DNA of 61,395 nucleotides, filler included, from Chiloscyllium plagiosum (Eukaryota): NCBI RefSeq assembly GCF_004010195.1. It is 3 parts of one record of this genome, joined end to end, with 100 filler letters (N's around TTAATTAATTAA, not from the genome) between each part and the next. Parts side by side here need not be neighbours in the genome. Positions count along the whole stretch, not along the records: positions 47,540 to 61,395 come from NC_057713.1; 2 more parts are not named here. The stretch is one strand, 5' to 3'. Below the pieces are notes generated by a model, which saw only the letters and a list, made by a program, of their open reading frames with translations, was not told the DNA's origin and searched no databases. Position 1 is the first letter of the stretch. Each line of letters opens with the position of its first letter. Made by a program: the position numbers and the translations under genes. Positions 60,060-61,395 of the stretch are shown piece after piece.

Positions 60060-61395
60060 TGAATGTTTTAGTGACTGTTTACAACTGATCTTGGAGGAAC
60101 TGTTGGGCCAAGTTCACAGCACAGAATCAGATAAGTTAATCATTGTTTTAAGTGTGGCCTACAGAGAATCTGCAGTAGTGAGTAGAATGTGTACTTTCTT
60201 GATTATATTTTTTTGGAGATATATCTCTTGATTAAACTTAAAATATAAGCCATAACTATTAATTTAACCTGGGGCAGTGTATGGAGAGGAATAAGACGGT
60301 GTTATTTTCTGGGTCTGAAGATTGTGAAGGAGCAAAAATGGCCTTTAATAGAATGATATGTAATTCTTGTCAGATATGGGAGTTTAAAGAGAGTTTAAGG
60401 GTTACTGCAGACTATATCTGCCATAATGCTGTTGGCTGCGAATCTTATCAGATCGAATGGATCGGTTGGAGAGACAGTTAGAAGCAATGAGGAATTTGCA
60501 ACAGCTATGTGATGGATGGCAGTTATAGGAAGGGGGGAAAGCCTCAGACAGTCACATAGATGGGTTAACTCCAGGAAAGGTAAGAGAGGTAGGCAGCTAG
60601 TGCAGGAGCCTTCTGTGGCTATACCCATTTCAAACAGGTATGCTGTTTTGGAAAATGGGACGAAGCACGAACAGTCAAGTTTCTGGTATTGAGACTGGCT
60701 CTAATGCAACGAGGGGTACGTCGGGTTCCAAGAGATCAATTGTGTTAGGGGACTCTCCAGTCCGAGGTACAGACAGACGTTTCCATGGCCAGAAAAAGCA
60801 GAATGTGTATTGCTTCCCTTGAGCCAGGATCAAGGATGTCTCAGAGAGGGTGCAGAATGTTCTCACAGGGGAGAGGAGCCAGCAAGAGGTCATTGTCCAC
60901 ATTGGAATCAACGATATAGGAAGGGAAAAGGTTGAGATTCTGAAGGGAGATTACAGAGAGTTAGGCAGAAATTTAAAAAGTAGGTCCTCAAGGGTAGTGA
61001 TATCTAGGTTACTGCCGGTGCTGCGAGCTAATGAGGGCAGGAATAGGAGGATAGAGCAGATAAATGCATGGCTGAGGAGCTGGCGTATGGGAGAAAGATT
61101 CGCTTTTTTGGATCATTGGAATCTCTTTTGGGGTAGAAGTGACCTGTACAAGAGGGACGGATTGCACCTCAATTGGAAGGGGACTAATATACTGGCAGGG
61201 AAATTTGCTAGAACTGCTTGGGAGGATTTAAACTAGTGGAGGGGTGGGACCCAGGGAGATCGTGAGGAAAGAGATCAATCTGAGATGGGTACAGTTGAGA
61301 ACAGAAGTGAGTCAAACAGTCAGGGCAGGCAGGGACAAGGTAGGACTAATAAATTAAACTGCATTTATTTCAATACAAGGGGCCTAACAGGGAAG
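60060..61395 (+). mobile_element. 5' end of a CR1 LINE: 5'UTR, ORF1 (Zn finger plus SGNH esterase) and ORF2 start
   Basis: MICNSCQIWE..YIC, then SGNH blocks IVLGDS, VIVHIGINDI and DGLHLN, then LNCIYFNTRGL at the window end. The copy carries frameshifts and stops; the 5' boundary is approximate. Confidence 0.88.

Noticed and set aside
60640..61236. Host GDSL/SGNH lipase gene
   Set aside because: It is the ORF1 esterase of a CR1 LINE, sitting directly upstream of ORF2 and containing disruptions.
52024..61395. FASTK exon 3
   Set aside because: I found no FASTK-like peptide with a phase-1 acceptor; it probably lies beyond the window, though a small exon could have been missed.

Overview
Eukaryotic, repeat-dense vertebrate DNA. 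The repeat set (HE1-type tRNA SINEs, Deu/SacSINE1-type SINEs, many CR1-clade LINEs, Penelope-like elements) points to a cartilaginous fish, most likely a shark (inference). The only gene I clearly recognise is FASTK on the + strand: CpG island and probable exon 1 ending at 49812, first large coding exon 51360-52023, then intron 2 running past the window end. On the - strand there is a partly resolved, unidentified spliced gene. Its best-supported exons are 21104-21201 and 13700-13794 plus a 3'UTR, and it may share the FASTK CpG island as a bidirectional promoter. Other content: an RPL30 processed pseudogene with poly(A) and a 17-bp TSD, a Gypsy-type LTR remnant, minisatellites and three assembly gaps, two carrying a synthetic TTAATTAATTAA linker. 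The most notable patterns are: (1) several families of short Penelope-derived inserts that carry minimal hammerhead-ribozyme cores and repeatedly sit as TSD-flanked fold-back pairs, including a perfect 1.1-kb palindrome; (2) a FASTK 5' end where splicing would create an upstream AUG whose uORF overlaps the first in-frame AUG, followed by a CUG in strong context ahead of a mitochondrial-presequence-like segment. All calls were made by eye; no searches were run.
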